Source: a bacterium
Lineage (GTDB): Bacteria > Sumerlaeota > Sumerlaeia > SLMS01 > JAHLLQ01
Assembly: GCA_020444065.1 (NCBI GenBank)
Contig: JAHLLQ010000010.1
Location: 11,677-75,676, forward strand
Length of the DNA stretch: 64,000 bases
Direction of reading: 5' to 3'
Part shown: in pieces, positions 6,616 to 17,060 of the stretch
How positions within the stretch are numbered: position 1 is the stretch's first letter
How the letters are laid out: each line of letters begins with the position of its first letter
Translations under genes and position numbers: made by a program
The notes under the pieces: generated by a model
The model's input: the letters and a program-made list of their open reading frames with translations, nothing else
Databases searched by the model: none
What the model was told of the DNA's origin: nothing

Positions 6616-8910
6616 ATGACTGCGACGGGCGACGGGCAGGTCCCGCAAGAGGGATCGGGCGCAGAGTCGACAGCGCGTGTGTCGACGGAAGCGACCGGCC
6701 CGACGGGCAAGCGACGTCGCGGTCCGAGCGGAACGGGTCGGCGCAACTTGTGGGTGACGTTGCTGCTCGGATTGTTTCCCGCGGTGTTCTTGTCTCTTGT
6801 TCCGATTCCAATTCTCGAGCAGGCGGAGTGGGCAACGTATGATGTGCGCCTTCGGCTGCGAGACGCGATTCAACCACAACCGATTTCAGAGAAGCTGGTG
6901 CTTGTCGGGCTAAATGAGAAAGACAGCGCCGACATGGGCGATGAGATTGCGTCGCGCGAGGCGTACATTCGGCTGCTTGGGAACCTGCACGAATGGGGCG
7001 CGGAGATGGTTGTGTTCGATATCTTCTTCGAACGCACAAAGGATCACGACGATATTCTCTCCTGGCGCATGAATGAACTGCCGACGGTGTTGGCTTACCG
7101 GATCGATACGAATTTCGCTCCGGGGCTGCCACCGGGCGAGCCGCCGGAAGAGTTGGCGGAGTTGTTGCCGCTGGCAGAGAAGGGGACGGACGCTGCGGAG
7201 TTGGAGGCTTTGTTTGTCCATTCGCTGGCGGAGTACGAGGGGCAGTTGGCGCAGTATCGTCAGCAGGCGATGCAGTCGGCGGAGCCAATGTCTCCGGAAG
7301 AAGAGGAGGCTCTGGCGTTGCGGCTGACGTGGACGCGCGCGATTCGCCGGTTGCTGGCGGAGCGTTGGATGGAGCTGTCGATCGGGCGTCCGTTTGAGTC
7401 GCAGCCGGGTGCGAATCCGATTGAGGCCGCGTCGCCGATCATGGTGTCGCCGACATTGCTGACGACGCCAAACGGAATGGGCATCGCAAATATCGAGAAG
7501 AGCGAAGGCGCCGTGGTGCGTTCGATTCCGCTCGTGTTCGCGTTCCGCAATATGTTGTACCCGAATCTGGATCTGGCGGCGTTGTGCGAGCATTACGGTA
7601 CCCGGTTTCGCGATGTGGAGATCGATTGGGGCGAGGCGATTACGATTCATCCGACGCGCAACGCAGAAGAGCCGGTGCGGATCCCGATCGATGATCGCGG
7701 ATATTATCTGGTGAACTACCGCCAGGGTGAGGACTTTCTGCAGCGGCCATCGAACCCGAGTCTGTTGCTGGGGATGGGGTACTTTCCGGAGGAAGCGGCG
7801 AACCGCCACATTCGGGAACGGATGAAGAACGCGATTGTCTTCGTTGGCGAGTTGGTTGCCGGTGGGCGCGAGACGGACGTGGAGCCGATTCCGTTGCAGC
7901 CGGCGTTTCCGATGGTGGGTGTGCACGTGAATGTCGTGGACAATGTGCTGCGCGGAGATTACGTGCGGCGAACGCCGGTGTGGTTCGACTGGTTGTTACT
8001 GATGGTTCTGGGTGCGGGGGCAGGCGTGTTGTTCTTCCGTTCGCCATTCCGTGTGGCGGTGCGCGTGACAGTATTGGGCGTTGTGTTCTACCTTGCGGCG
8101 GCGGTGCTTCTGTTCGGTACGGCCGGGTGGGTTCTGCCGATTGCACGTCCCGTGTTGGCAGCAATGTTCTGGACGGTTTTCCTGTTCGCTTACATCGTCG
8201 GTGTGGCGGAACGAGATCGTCGGTTGGTGCGCGACGTGTTCCTGCGGTCGGTTTCGCCGCGCATCGGCGAGGAAATCCTGAAGAACTACGACAACGAGGC
8301 GATCTGGGGCTCGAATCGAGAGCTGACGGTCTTGTTTGTCGATATTCGTGGCTACACGACGTTGAGCGAGCGGCACGATCCGGAGGTTGTGCTGGGGATT
8401 CTCGACGGGTTTTACGACACGGTATCGGAAATTGTCTTTCGCCACGAGGGCCAAGTGAACAAGTTCATAGGCGACGCGGTGATGGCGCTGTTCGGAGCGA
8501 TTCCCGAGGAACCGCCGAATCACGCAGAGCGGGCTTTGCGCGCGGCGATCGAGATTCAGAAGGCAATGAGCGCGTTCGGCGAGAGGGATGATTTGCGGGC
8601 GCAAGGAATCGAGTTGGCGACGGGCGCCGGCATCAATACGGGGGAAGCGGTTGCGGGTCTGGTCGGTCGGCGCAAGATTCGCATCGAGTTCACAGCAATC
8701 GGCGACGTTGTGAATCTGTCTTCCCGGTTGCAGGGACTTGCCACGACGAACGAGATCGTTGCGGGCTCGCAAACAATGGAGATTCTGGGCGGGCCGGATG
8801 CGGCGATTTTTGGCGATCTGAATTGCCAGGTTGAACAGACTGAAGGCGTATACGTGAAGGGGAAGTCGGAAGAGCAGGTTGTGTATAAGATTCGAGTGAT
8901 GAGTTCCTGA
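6616..8910 (+). CDS. CHASE2 sensor domain - class III adenylate/guanylate cyclase
   Basis: 764 aa. N-terminal TM plus CHASE2-like region, 3 C-terminal TM helices. Cyclase core LTVLFVDIRGYTTLSE...KFIGDAVMALFG...GINTGEAVAGLVG...FTAIGDVVNLSSRLQ. Confidence 0.85.
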   Translation: MTATGDGQVPQEGSGAESTARVSTEATGPTGKRRRGPSGTGRRNLWVTLLLGLFPAVFLSLVPIPILEQAEWATYDVRLRLRDAIQPQPISEKLVLVGLNEKDSADMGDEIASREAYIRLLGNLHEWGAEMVVFDIFFERTKDHDDILSWRMNELPTVLAYRIDTNFAPGLPPGEPPEELAELLPLAEKGTDAAELEALFVHSLAEYEGQLAQYRQQAMQSAEPMSPEEEEALALRLTWTRAIRRLLAERWMELSIGRPFESQPGANPIEAASPIMVSPTLLTTPNGMGIANIEKSEGAVVRSIPLVFAFRNMLYPNLDLAALCEHYGTRFRDVEIDWGEAITIHPTRNAEEPVRIPIDDRGYYLVNYRQGEDFLQRPSNPSLLLGMGYFPEEAANRHIRERMKNAIVFVGELVAGGRETDVEPIPLQPAFPMVGVHVNVVDNVLRGDYVRRTPVWFDWLLLMVLGAGAGVLFFRSPFRVAVRVTVLGVVFYLAAAVLLFGTAGWVLPIARPVLAAMFWTVFLFAYIVGVAERDRRLVRDVFLRSVSPRIGEEILKNYDNEAIWGSNRELTVLFVDIRGYTTLSERHDPEVVLGILDGFYDTVSEIVFRHEGQVNKFIGDAVMALFGAIPEEPPNHAERALRAAIEIQKAMSAFGERDDLRAQGIELATGAGINTGEAVAGLVGRRKIRIEFTAIGDVVNLSSRLQGLATTNEIVAGSQTMEILGGPDAAIFGDLNCQVEQTEGVYVKGKSEEQVVYKIRVMSS

Positions 8911-8924
8911 AAGGACCAATTCCG

Positions 8925-9629
8925 ATGAAGTACTCTCGGGCGTTTTTACTGATGATCCTGGTGGCGGCGATGTTCGCGACAACGGGATGCAAGCACGCCG
9001 TGACGTTCGAGCGTCATGTGCCTTACCAGGCGCCAGATTACTACGATGCGCCACTGATCGTGGTCGTTCCGAACGACATCGACGAGGTGCAGTATTCGGC
9101 GCGGCTTGGGCTGTTTCCAGAGCCGAAGTCGTTTAAGATTTTCTACGGCCAGGCTCTGAAGGAAGAGACGGCGGCGCGGTTTGCGCGCATGTACAATCGC
9201 ATCGTCATCATCGACGAGATGATGTACGAAGAGGCGACGGACCCGGTCACGGCTTCCATCCAGGGAACCGAATTGAACATGGGCACGTACGACTACGAGT
9301 TCGACAGCGCGTCGGAAATCGATGCCGATCTGCTGAAGATTCTACAGAGTCCGGACGGGTATCTGCTGCGGTATCGATCGATCGATTTCTATATGGAGGA
9401 CAAGAAGACGATCCTGTCCGTGAATGCGGAATTCACGGATCGGTTCACGGGCCAGACGCTGTTCGAGGGGCGGATCTCGGGCGCAGGCGATTCGATTATC
9501 GAATATAACGCGATCGGAAATCTGAAGCAGGAACTGAAGCGTTCGACGATCGGGGCCTGCACGGCAGTGCTGGTGCGATTAAGTCGAACGATGGTCGACG
9601 GTATCGAGGGTCCGCAGTACCGCGGATAG
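8925..9629 (+). CDS. Hypothetical lipoprotein
   Basis: Signal peptide plus lipobox (ATTGCKH). AAAGGA RBS upstream. No recognisable domain. Confidence 0.5.
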   Translation: MKYSRAFLLMILVAAMFATTGCKHAVTFERHVPYQAPDYYDAPLIVVVPNDIDEVQYSARLGLFPEPKSFKIFYGQALKEETAARFARMYNRIVIIDEMMYEEATDPVTASIQGTELNMGTYDYEFDSASEIDADLLKILQSPDGYLLRYRSIDFYMEDKKTILSVNAEFTDRFTGQTLFEGRISGAGDSIIEYNAIGNLKQELKRSTIGACTAVLVRLSRTMVDGIEGPQYRG

Positions 9630-9705
9630 GGCTCGGCAATCCTGGCATTTGAATGGCTTTACAGACCCTTGCGGGGCACGCGCACCGGCGCATTGCCCCG
9701 CGACG

Positions 9706-10743
9706 ATGATGATTATGACCGATGAGAATGGTACCAACCAGGAAACATTTACCGCCCCGCCGGAATCGGCGGGCGTTCGGCTCGATACGTGGCTGGGCCG
9801 GCGGCAGGAGGTTCACAGCCGGACGTTCTTTCAGCAATTGATCAAGGACGGCCGAGTTCTGGTGAACGGCGAACCGGCGAAGCGCAGCATGACCCTGGAG
9901 GGCGGCGAGGAGGTGACGATTGACTTCCCGCCGGCGGAAGATCCGTGGCCGCATCCTCAAGATATCCCGATCGATGTGTTGCACGAGGATGACGATATCA
10001 TCGTCGTGAACAAGGCGTCGGGGATGGTGGTGCATCCGGCAGCAGGTAATCCGGACGGGACGCTGGTGAATGCGTTGTTGCATCGCTTCCCGGATCTGCC
10101 GGGGATCAACGGTGTGAAGCGCCCGGGGCTCGTGCATCGGTTGGACCGTGAGACGAGCGGTGTGCTGGTGATCGCGAAGAACGACCAGGCGATGAAGATT
10201 CTCTCGGGCCAGATTCGCGAGCGGATCATGAAGCGGCGCTACCTGGCGCTGGTGATCGGCGAGCCGGATTGGGATGTTCACACGGTGGAGGCGGCGATCG
10301 GTCGTCACGAGCATTATCGCATCAAGCGTTCGGTGGATGGCGCGGGTGCGAAGAACGCGATCACGCACTTGCATTTGCTGGGGCGGTTGCGCGGGTTTTC
10401 GTTGCTGGAGTGTCGGCTCGATACGGGACGGACGCACCAGATTCGCGTGCATTGCACGCACATCGGTCTGCCTATTGTGGGCGATGAATTGTATGGTGGG
10501 ACGCAACACCGTGCGCTTGAGAAGGTTCGTAACGAGGAATCGGAAATCCGGACGGCGTTCCTGCGTTTCGGTCGGCCGTTTCTGCACGCGCGGTTGCTTC
10601 GATTCCGTCATCCGGCGGATGGCCGTTGGGTGGAATTCTGTGCACCGATTCCGGATGATATGAAGACTTTGTTGGAAGTGCTGGTTCCACGAATCGACGT
10701 GGAGCGTTTGATGCCGGAAACCGGCGATGAGGATGGTTCATGA
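9706..10743 (+). CDS. rluD: 23S rRNA pseudouridine synthase, RluA/RluD family with S4 domain
   Basis: S4 domain (RLDTWLGRRQEVHSRTFFQQLIKDGRVLVNGEP). Catalytic motif HRLDRETSGVLVIAKN. Start set at ATGATGATTATG 9706; the track ORF starts at TTG 9649. Confidence 0.85.
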   Translation: MMIMTDENGTNQETFTAPPESAGVRLDTWLGRRQEVHSRTFFQQLIKDGRVLVNGEPAKRSMTLEGGEEVTIDFPPAEDPWPHPQDIPIDVLHEDDDIIVVNKASGMVVHPAAGNPDGTLVNALLHRFPDLPGINGVKRPGLVHRLDRETSGVLVIAKNDQAMKILSGQIRERIMKRRYLALVIGEPDWDVHTVEAAIGRHEHYRIKRSVDGAGAKNAITHLHLLGRLRGFSLLECRLDTGRTHQIRVHCTHIGLPIVGDELYGGTQHRALEKVRNEESEIRTAFLRFGRPFLHARLLRFRHPADGRWVEFCAPIPDDMKTLLEVLVPRIDVERLMPETGDEDGS

Positions 10744-11783
10744 GTGACGCGCGATGGAAGCACCTGGGGCTTGGGTATCTCGTTGCAGCGGTCTTCGTGA
10801 TGGTCGCGTCTGTGGGTTTTGCGCAGGCGCCGCCGATGAAGGGGGTGGCGCTGGGGTTGTATGCGTCGGATCCGGATTATGACTACGGGTATGCGATCAA
10901 GGAGATCGCCGACACGGGCGCGAATACGGTCAGTCTGCTGGTGGTGTTGATGCAGGAGAACGGGACGTCGTCGCGGATGTATGCGCGGCCGGGACGGACG
11001 GTGCCGGATGCGACGTTGCGGCGGACGATGGCTGAGGCACGCGAGGCGGGGCTGGATGTGATGTTGTTTCCGATCGTGCTGCTGGAAGACCCGGGCGAGG
11101 ACGAGTGGCGCGGCAACATGCAGCCGGAATCGATCACGACGTGGTACGATACGTATCAGCGTTGGATGGTTCACTATGCGCGGATCGCCGCGGAAGGCGA
11201 TGCGGCATGGTTCAGCATCGGAAGCGAGTTGTCTTCGCTGGAATCGGACGATGGTTACTGGCGCGAAACGATCGCAGCGGTGCGACAGGAGTTCCCCGGC
11301 AAGTTGTTGTACTCGTGCAACTGGGACCACCTGACGGGGCCGTCGTGGTGGGATGCGCTGGATGCGATCGGGCTGTCATCGTACTACGAACTGGCGGATG
11401 ACCTGGATGCGTCGCAGGAAGACCTGAATGAATCGTGGATTGAGTGGCGAGACTGGATTCTGGCGTGGAGGTTGCGGACGACTCCGGACAAGCCGCTGAT
11501 TCTGACGGAGGTGGGTTATCCTTCGCTGGACGGCGGCGCAGTCTATCCGTGGAACTACACGCTGGAGTCGGAGGTCGATCTGGAGGAACAGCGTCGCGCG
11601 TACGAGGCTTTCATCAATGCGTGGGACGGGCGCCCGGAACTGGATGGCGTGTTCTTCTATGAGTGGCTGGATTTCAAGGGCGGTTCGCAGCGGGGATATT
11701 CTCCGCGCGGGAAGCCGGCGGAAGTACACTTGCGGACCTGGTACGAGGGCAGCCAGTCTCCGGCGACCAGCGAGGGGCAGTAA
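10740..11783 (+). CDS. Secreted clan GH-A (TIM-barrel) glycoside hydrolase, GH113/GH26-like
   Basis: Signal peptide. IGSELSS (acid/base Glu in the G-x-E position) and LTEVGYPS (nucleophile Glu) spacing typical of clan GH-A. ATGA overlap with rluD stop. Confidence 0.5.
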   Translation: MSDARWKHLGLGYLVAAVFVMVASVGFAQAPPMKGVALGLYASDPDYDYGYAIKEIADTGANTVSLLVVLMQENGTSSRMYARPGRTVPDATLRRTMAEAREAGLDVMLFPIVLLEDPGEDEWRGNMQPESITTWYDTYQRWMVHYARIAAEGDAAWFSIGSELSSLESDDGYWRETIAAVRQEFPGKLLYSCNWDHLTGPSWWDALDAIGLSSYYELADDLDASQEDLNESWIEWRDWILAWRLRTTPDKPLILTEVGYPSLDGGAVYPWNYTLESEVDLEEQRRAYEAFINAWDGRPELDGVFFYEWLDFKGGSQRGYSPRGKPAEVHLRTWYEGSQSPATSEGQ

Positions 11784-11811
11784 CGGATCATCAACCTGGA
11801 GGACGATACCG

Positions 11812-12159
11812 ATGCCGATGACTTTTCCGGCGAACACGCGGCTGATCAACACGCCGCTGCCTTACATGGATGAATTCAATGAGCACATCGGGGAGGCGCT
11901 GAAGGCGGCGCCGGCAATTCCGCCCGAGACGATGGCGCGGCTGTACGCGGCGGCGCTCGTGCCGTATTACCATTTCTGTCAGGAGCGCGGGGAGCAGTTG
12001 TGGCCGCCGCCGGATCAGACGCGGGAGCGGCTGACGTTCGAGTGGGGTCGGCTGTTCAAGCCGGATTTCGGTCGTGCGGATATCGTGGCGGTGATCAAGT
12101 GCCTGGCCGAGCGCGGTTCGAGCGGGGAGACGTTGATCAAGTATGTGTTGGGCGGCTGA
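11812..12159 (+). CDS. Hypothetical protein (115 aa)
   Basis: GGAGGA RBS 10 nt upstream of ATG 11812. No known domain recognised. Confidence 0.45.
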   Translation: MPMTFPANTRLINTPLPYMDEFNEHIGEALKAAPAIPPETMARLYAAALVPYYHFCQERGEQLWPPPDQTRERLTFEWGRLFKPDFGRADIVAVIKCLAERGSSGETLIKYVLGG

Positions 12160-12196
12160 ACCAAGGCGTTCTCATCAAACTGCGTGATATGAAATC

Positions 12197-12235
12197 GCCC
12201 CATCGAGTTTGAAGCTCGATGGGGCGTTGAATTTG
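12197..12235. terminator. Bidirectional rho-independent terminator hairpin
   Basis: CGCCCCATCGAG-tttgaag-CTCGATGGGGCG perfect 12-bp stem followed by ttgaatttgtg. Sits between convergent genes. Confidence 0.7.
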
Positions 12236-12256
12236 TGATCTGCAGTCGCCAGTGTC

Positions 12257-12442
12257 TTACATCCAGTGTCTGGCCCAGACGTGGGCGGAGCCGCACCATC
12301 GCCATTCGATCGGGATTGAGAGGCTGACGGTCCACACGATCATCGTGATGAACATCGAACAGCCGGTGAGGAATGCCCGCGTGGCGTGATATGCGCGGCG
12401 GGTTTTTTCGAATGTTCCTGTGCCTTCCGATTCCTCGTTCAT
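12257..12442 (-). CDS. Small hypothetical membrane protein (61 aa)
   Basis: One predicted TM helix (SMFITMIVWTVSLSIPI). Weak evidence only. Confidence 0.25.
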   Translation of the reverse strand: MNEESEGTGTFEKTRRAYHATRAFLTGCSMFITMIVWTVSLSIPIEWRWCGSAHVWARHWM

Positions 12443-12491
12443 GGCGGCGTCTCCTTGTCGGGATCTGACCAACTGGGTGGGAGAGACCGGG

Positions 12492-13184
12492 TTACTTCGC
12501 AGGGATGAAGAGGCGCTGTCCCTTGAGGGGGCGCGCGCCAGGCGGAAGGTGGTTCGCCTTCTTCAGCGCGTCGAGGCTGACGCCGTTCTTCGCGGCGATG
12601 GACTCGAGGGAGTCACCGGATTCGATCGTGTAGTAGTGGCCGCGCGGGGTGGTCGGCTTGGGAGCCGGCTTCGGTGCGGTCGAGACGGCCACGGTCTTCA
12701 CGGCGGGCTTGGTCTGGGTCTTGGTTTCGTGAACGACGGGTTTGGGCTCGGTCCTGGTTTCCTGGGCAGCACTGCGAATGGTCTCGCGGATGATGTCCTT
12801 GTCCGAGGAAGCACCGGCCAGCGGGGGAGAGCCGTGGGTGCTGGTGGCGGGCTTGCTGGCCGAGGCGATGACGGTCTGGCCGGTCTCGAGCTTGGAAAGG
12901 CGAGCTTCGAGCTGCTCGATGCGGTTCACCACGTCGATTTCGCCGGAGGCATCGGGGGACAGCGCACGCAGATTGGAGACCTGATCCTTCAGGACGGTCA
13001 CATCACCCATGAGGGTACGGACTTCTTTGACGAGTTCCTGATTCTCGGTCTTCATCTCGTCGACTTCCGCGAATTTCTTGCGAATGACGGGCGAGTTTTC
13101 GGGTTTGGCGGAACAGGCCGCCATCGACAGTACAACGATGGAAATTGCGAGAAACTTGAACAACCAGAGCGTGCGCCGGAACAT
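12492..13184 (-). CDS. LysM-domain lipoprotein with coiled-coil region
   Basis: N-terminal lipoprotein signal MFRRTLWLFKFLAISIVVLSMAAC. Coiled-coil segment. C-terminal LysM (YYTIESGDSLESIAAKNGVSLDALKKANHLPPGARPLKGQRLFIP). Confidence 0.65.
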   Translation of the reverse strand: MFRRTLWLFKFLAISIVVLSMAACSAKPENSPVIRKKFAEVDEMKTENQELVKEVRTLMGDVTVLKDQVSNLRALSPDASGEIDVVNRIEQLEARLSKLETGQTVIASASKPATSTHGSPPLAGASSDKDIIRETIRSAAQETRTEPKPVVHETKTQTKPAVKTVAVSTAPKPAPKPTTPRGHYYTIESGDSLESIAAKNGVSLDALKKANHLPPGARPLKGQRLFIPAK

Positions 13185-13340
13185 GGAAGGGACTCCTTTT
13201 GGGACGGGGCGAAGTGCAGAATTGCGGGCGGTGCTGTGCGCAATGAGCCCGCTGCATCCGTACCGATCACCGGAACCGAGCAAATCGAACAACGACAAGA
13301 AAAAAATCAGGCGCGTTGGAAGTTTTTTGAGGTCAGACGT

Positions 13341-14174
13341 CTAGCCCTGGCCAAGTTCCTTCGACCGGTTGGTTGCGGCTTCGATAGCAGCGACCATGGT
13401 TTCGAGGAATTTGCCTTCTTCGAGGACTTCCATTCCGGCCTGGGTCGTGCCGTTGGGGCTGGTAACCTGGCGGCGGAGTTCCTCGGGGGTGAGGCGGTGT
13501 TGCTTGGCCATGAGAGCGGAGCCGTAGACCATCTGGAGGACGAGACGATGGGCGTCTTCCTCGGGGATGCCAAGCTTCCGACCGGCCTTGTAGAGGATTT
13601 CGATGAGGTAGAAGACGTAGGCGGGCCCGGAGCCGGTGAGGCCGGTGATGGCGTCCATGAGATCGGGTTCGACGACGGCAGTGACGCCGACGCTGGCGAA
13701 GAGGGCCTGGGTGAGGAGGACGTCCTCGTCGGTGGCGTGCTCGCCGGGGGAAACAGCCGTGGCGCCGGCCTGGATCAGGGCCGGGGTATTGGGCATGGTG
13801 CGAACGACGCGCGGCTTCGGGTTCAGGTCGTTGCGGATCTCGTTCTCGATCGTCTCGGTGCGTGTGCCGGCGATGATGGAGATGAAGAGGTGCTCCGAGC
13901 GTGTGAAGGGGGCGATCTCGGTGAGGACGCGGCGCTGGTCCTGGGGCTTCACGGCAAGGAGGACGATGTCGCATTCCTCGACGATAGCCTGGTTGTTTTC
14001 CTTTGGGACGACGCCGAGGGAATCGGCCAACTGGGCCAGGCGGTCCTTGCGGACGTCGGACATCATGATGCGGCTGGGCGAAACGAGGGTGGCCGCGGTG
14101 ATGCCGCGGGCGAGGGCCTCGGCCATGTTGCCGGCGCCGATGAATCCGATTTGTACGTGATGCAGTCTCTTCAT
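13341..14174 (-). CDS. proC: Pyrroline-5-carboxylate reductase
   Basis: 277 aa. NAD(P)-binding IGFIGAGNMAEAL; P5CR C-terminal dimerisation motifs (SPNGTTQAGMEVLEEG). Confidence 0.9.
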   Translation of the reverse strand: MKRLHHVQIGFIGAGNMAEALARGITAATLVSPSRIMMSDVRKDRLAQLADSLGVVPKENNQAIVEECDIVLLAVKPQDQRRVLTEIAPFTRSEHLFISIIAGTRTETIENEIRNDLNPKPRVVRTMPNTPALIQAGATAVSPGEHATDEDVLLTQALFASVGVTAVVEPDLMDAITGLTGSGPAYVFYLIEILYKAGRKLGIPEEDAHRLVLQMVYGSALMAKQHRLTPEELRRQVTSPNGTTQAGMEVLEEGKFLETMVAAIEAATNRSKELGQG

Positions 14175-14192
14175 TGTACCGTCTCCGTGATC

Positions 14193-15659
14193 TTACTTCA
14201 CTCTCCAGAAGTTCCTCGAGAACAGAACGAGAATGGCGAACAGTTCCAATCGACCCAGGACCATGAAGAGCGAGAGGAGCCATTTCGCCGGGAGCGATTG
14301 ATGCGCGAAATTCGCAGTGGGCCCGATGGCGTCGAGGCCGGGCCCGATGTTGTTCAGCGTTGCGACGACGGAACTGATCGATGTGAGAACCGATTGGTGC
14401 GGCATTGCAAACGCAATGGCTACACTGCCCAGGATCGCGATGCCCATGTAAAGGAAGAAGAACGCGAGAACTTCGCGAACTATGTCATCCCCGATGGGAC
14501 GACCACCGAGTTTCAGGCGACGCACACGGCGCGGGGAGATTTTGCTTTGGATTTCGTGGTAACCAGCTTTGAAGAGAATGATCCAACGAATGACCTTCAG
14601 TCCGCCGCCGGTCGAACCGGCGCAGCCACCGAAGAACATCAGAATCAGCAACATGATGCGCGCGGCGTTCGGCCATTGCTGGAAATCGACTGTTCCAAAA
14701 CCGGTTGTTGTTTTCAATGCGACGACGGTGAAGAAGGCGTCGCGAAAATTGAAGGAACCGGGTTTCGAAACGGCGGGCGTTTCGTGCACGTAGAGGAGGA
14801 CGGCAATGACAACCGCGGAACCTATGATGATCGAAATGTAACTTAGGAATTCCGGATCGCGGAAGTAGTCAAATCGGCCCTGGACGGCGCGTAGGTGGAG
14901 ACTGAAGTTCGTGCCGGCAATGACCATGAAGATGATAATACACCATTCGATCATGGGGCTGGCGAAGGCAAGAACGCTGGTGTTCTTTGTGGAGAAACCG
15001 CCGGTCGCCATGGTGGCCATCGCATGGTTGATCGCGTCGTAAAATGACATTCCAAGTATCATCAAAGCGATGGCTTCGATGACGTTAAAGGCAATGTAGA
15101 TTTTCCACAGCGCAACGGCTGTGTCTTTGATGCGTGGGGTGAGGCCTTCGGGAACGGGGCCGGGGACCTCCTGCTTAAACAATGCGCGACCACCGACACC
15201 GAGCATTGGAAGAATCGCGACAAACAAAACAATAATCCCCAGGCCACCGAGGAAGTGTAAGAAGGAACGCCAGAGCAAGATCGATTTCGGATGATCTTCT
15301 ATGGTTGTGAGAATTGTCGATCCTGTGGTGGTGAGGCCGGACATGCTTTCGAAGTAGGCGTCGGTGTAGGTCGGGGCGACTCCGGTAAGGAAGAGCGGGA
15401 GTGCGGCAACGCCAGCGGCGAGAATCCACCCGAGGCCGACGATGGCGAGCGCTTCGCGCCGAAAGACATCCCCGGTCGCATCCCGACCGATCAAATAGAG
15501 AATGACGGCAAAGAGGAATCCGCCGGCCATGGCTTCTGCGATGCGGCCGAGAGCGTGCCATTCGTTATAGTAAATCGCGAAGGGTACAATGAGGACTTCG
15601 AGAAGGGTGAGAAACCCGAGCAGAATTCCGAGATAGCGACAGAGGAGTCGAATATTCAT
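14193..15659 (-). CDS. trkH: Trk/Ktr family potassium uptake transporter, membrane subunit
   Basis: 488 aa polytopic. Selectivity-filter-like MSGLTTTGSTIL and KTTTGFGTVDF motifs. Confidence 0.85.
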   Translation of the reverse strand: MNIRLLCRYLGILLGFLTLLEVLIVPFAIYYNEWHALGRIAEAMAGGFLFAVILYLIGRDATGDVFRREALAIVGLGWILAAGVAALPLFLTGVAPTYTDAYFESMSGLTTTGSTILTTIEDHPKSILLWRSFLHFLGGLGIIVLFVAILPMLGVGGRALFKQEVPGPVPEGLTPRIKDTAVALWKIYIAFNVIEAIALMILGMSFYDAINHAMATMATGGFSTKNTSVLAFASPMIEWCIIIFMVIAGTNFSLHLRAVQGRFDYFRDPEFLSYISIIIGSAVVIAVLLYVHETPAVSKPGSFNFRDAFFTVVALKTTTGFGTVDFQQWPNAARIMLLILMFFGGCAGSTGGGLKVIRWIILFKAGYHEIQSKISPRRVRRLKLGGRPIGDDIVREVLAFFFLYMGIAILGSVAIAFAMPHQSVLTSISSVVATLNNIGPGLDAIGPTANFAHQSLPAKWLLSLFMVLGRLELFAILVLFSRNFWRVK

Positions 15660-15677
15660 AATATCGCGGCGGCGCCC

Positions 15678-17048
15678 CTAGCGTTCCGGAATCGATCCGG
15701 GTTGGAACAGGCGATCGAGTTCATCGGCCGCGGCGGCTTCGGCGATGGCGATGACGATGTCGCCGGGGCGAATGATACTGTCACCGCGCGGAATGGTGAC
15801 ATCGAGGCCGTGCACGACGGCGCCGACGAGTGTGCCCTTTGGAAGTTCAATGTCCTTCAACGGCTGGCCGACGATCGCGGATTTGGAAACCGCCTGGTAT
15901 TCGTTGACCTCGATCTGGCCTTCTTCCAGCAGCGTAACGGAGCGAATCTTTCCCTGCTTCACGAGAGTCATGATTCGATTCGCTGCGACGATGCGCGGAG
16001 AGATGGCGACATCGATACCGACCTTCTCCACAACGCGAACGTAGTCGGGTCGATCGATCAAGCATGCGGTGCGATCGACTTTGAGTTCCTTTGCCAGGAG
16101 TGCGGACATGACGTTTGATTCATCGTCTCCGGTGGCTGCGATGAAGGCGTCCATCTTGTGGATTTGTTCTTCGCGAAGGAATTGAATATTCGTGCAATCG
16201 CCATGCAGCATGACGGCGCGGTGAAGGCGCTCGCCGGCAAGTTCGCAACGGGCGCGATCGGTATCGATCAGATAGACCTGGTGATTGCGTTCTTCCAATT
16301 GCTCGGCAAGGTACAATCCCGTTTCGCCGGCCCCTGCGATTGCCACACGAAGACGTTTCGGGGGACGAATTTCCTGCTCGGTATCGAATTCGGGATGAAT
16401 GCGATCGAGGACTTCGGGAAGTCCGATCAATGTCACGCGATCTCCGGTTTCTAACATGGTATCGCCGGACGGAGTAAATGTTTTTCCTCCGCGGCGAATG
16501 TTGGCGATGAGCATTCCGGAGGGGAACTTGAGGTCCTTCAGTTGGCTCATCGAGAAGGGGCTGAAGGGCGACATAAGAACAGTTCGCAGTTCGAGTCGGC
16601 CGCGGGCGAGCGACCGGACTGCAAGGGCCGCGGGGTTTTCTACAAAACCAACCAGCTCGAGTGCCGAGAGAATCTCCGGCGAAAGCAACAAGTCGATGCC
16701 GAGCGGATCGCGGAAGTTAACATCGGCCATATCAAGGTAGAATCGCGAATGGACGCGCGCGACGACTCGTGGGACGCCGATTCGCTTCGCCACGTAGGCC
16801 GCGATCAGGTTGGTATTGTCCTGGTCGGTGACGGCGAGAAGCAAGTAGGGCTGCTCGCCGGCGAGGGCTTGCTTCAAAACATCCGGATCGCATCCGTTTC
16901 CGGAAAGAGTCTGGATGTCGAGGTGGTCTTCGAGATCGCCGAGTCTTCGCGAATCGGAATCGACGACGATGACGTCGTGCCGATCGCGCGTCAGATGGCT
17001 GGCAATGTTCGAGCCGACGGTTCCGGCTCCTACGATTACGATGCGCAT
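15678..17048 (-). CDS. trkA: Trk system potassium uptake protein, NAD-binding (tandem RCK domains)
   Basis: 456 aa. Two Rossmann motifs (IVIVGAGTVGSNIA; VAIAGAGETGLYLA) plus RCK_C domains. Confidence 0.9.
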   Translation of the reverse strand: MRIVIVGAGTVGSNIASHLTRDRHDVIVVDSDSRRLGDLEDHLDIQTLSGNGCDPDVLKQALAGEQPYLLLAVTDQDNTNLIAAYVAKRIGVPRVVARVHSRFYLDMADVNFRDPLGIDLLLSPEILSALELVGFVENPAALAVRSLARGRLELRTVLMSPFSPFSMSQLKDLKFPSGMLIANIRRGGKTFTPSGDTMLETGDRVTLIGLPEVLDRIHPEFDTEQEIRPPKRLRVAIAGAGETGLYLAEQLEERNHQVYLIDTDRARCELAGERLHRAVMLHGDCTNIQFLREEQIHKMDAFIAATGDDESNVMSALLAKELKVDRTACLIDRPDYVRVVEKVGIDVAISPRIVAANRIMTLVKQGKIRSVTLLEEGQIEVNEYQAVSKSAIVGQPLKDIELPKGTLVGAVVHGLDVTIPRGDSIIRPGDIVIAIAEAAAADELDRLFQPGSIPER

Positions 17049-17060
17049 AGACGGACTCTC

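Noticed and set aside
6203-7288. 361-aa minus ORF antisense to thioredoxin-like/cyclase genes, and many similar antisense ORFs (e.g. 7996-9054, 9496-10611, 13333-14283, 18470-19336, 22156-23262, 33471-34280, 50237-51883, 54329-55351, 55529-56572)
   Set aside because: Pro/Arg/His-rich compositions, no motifs, and each overlaps a well-supported gene on the opposite strand or another frame.
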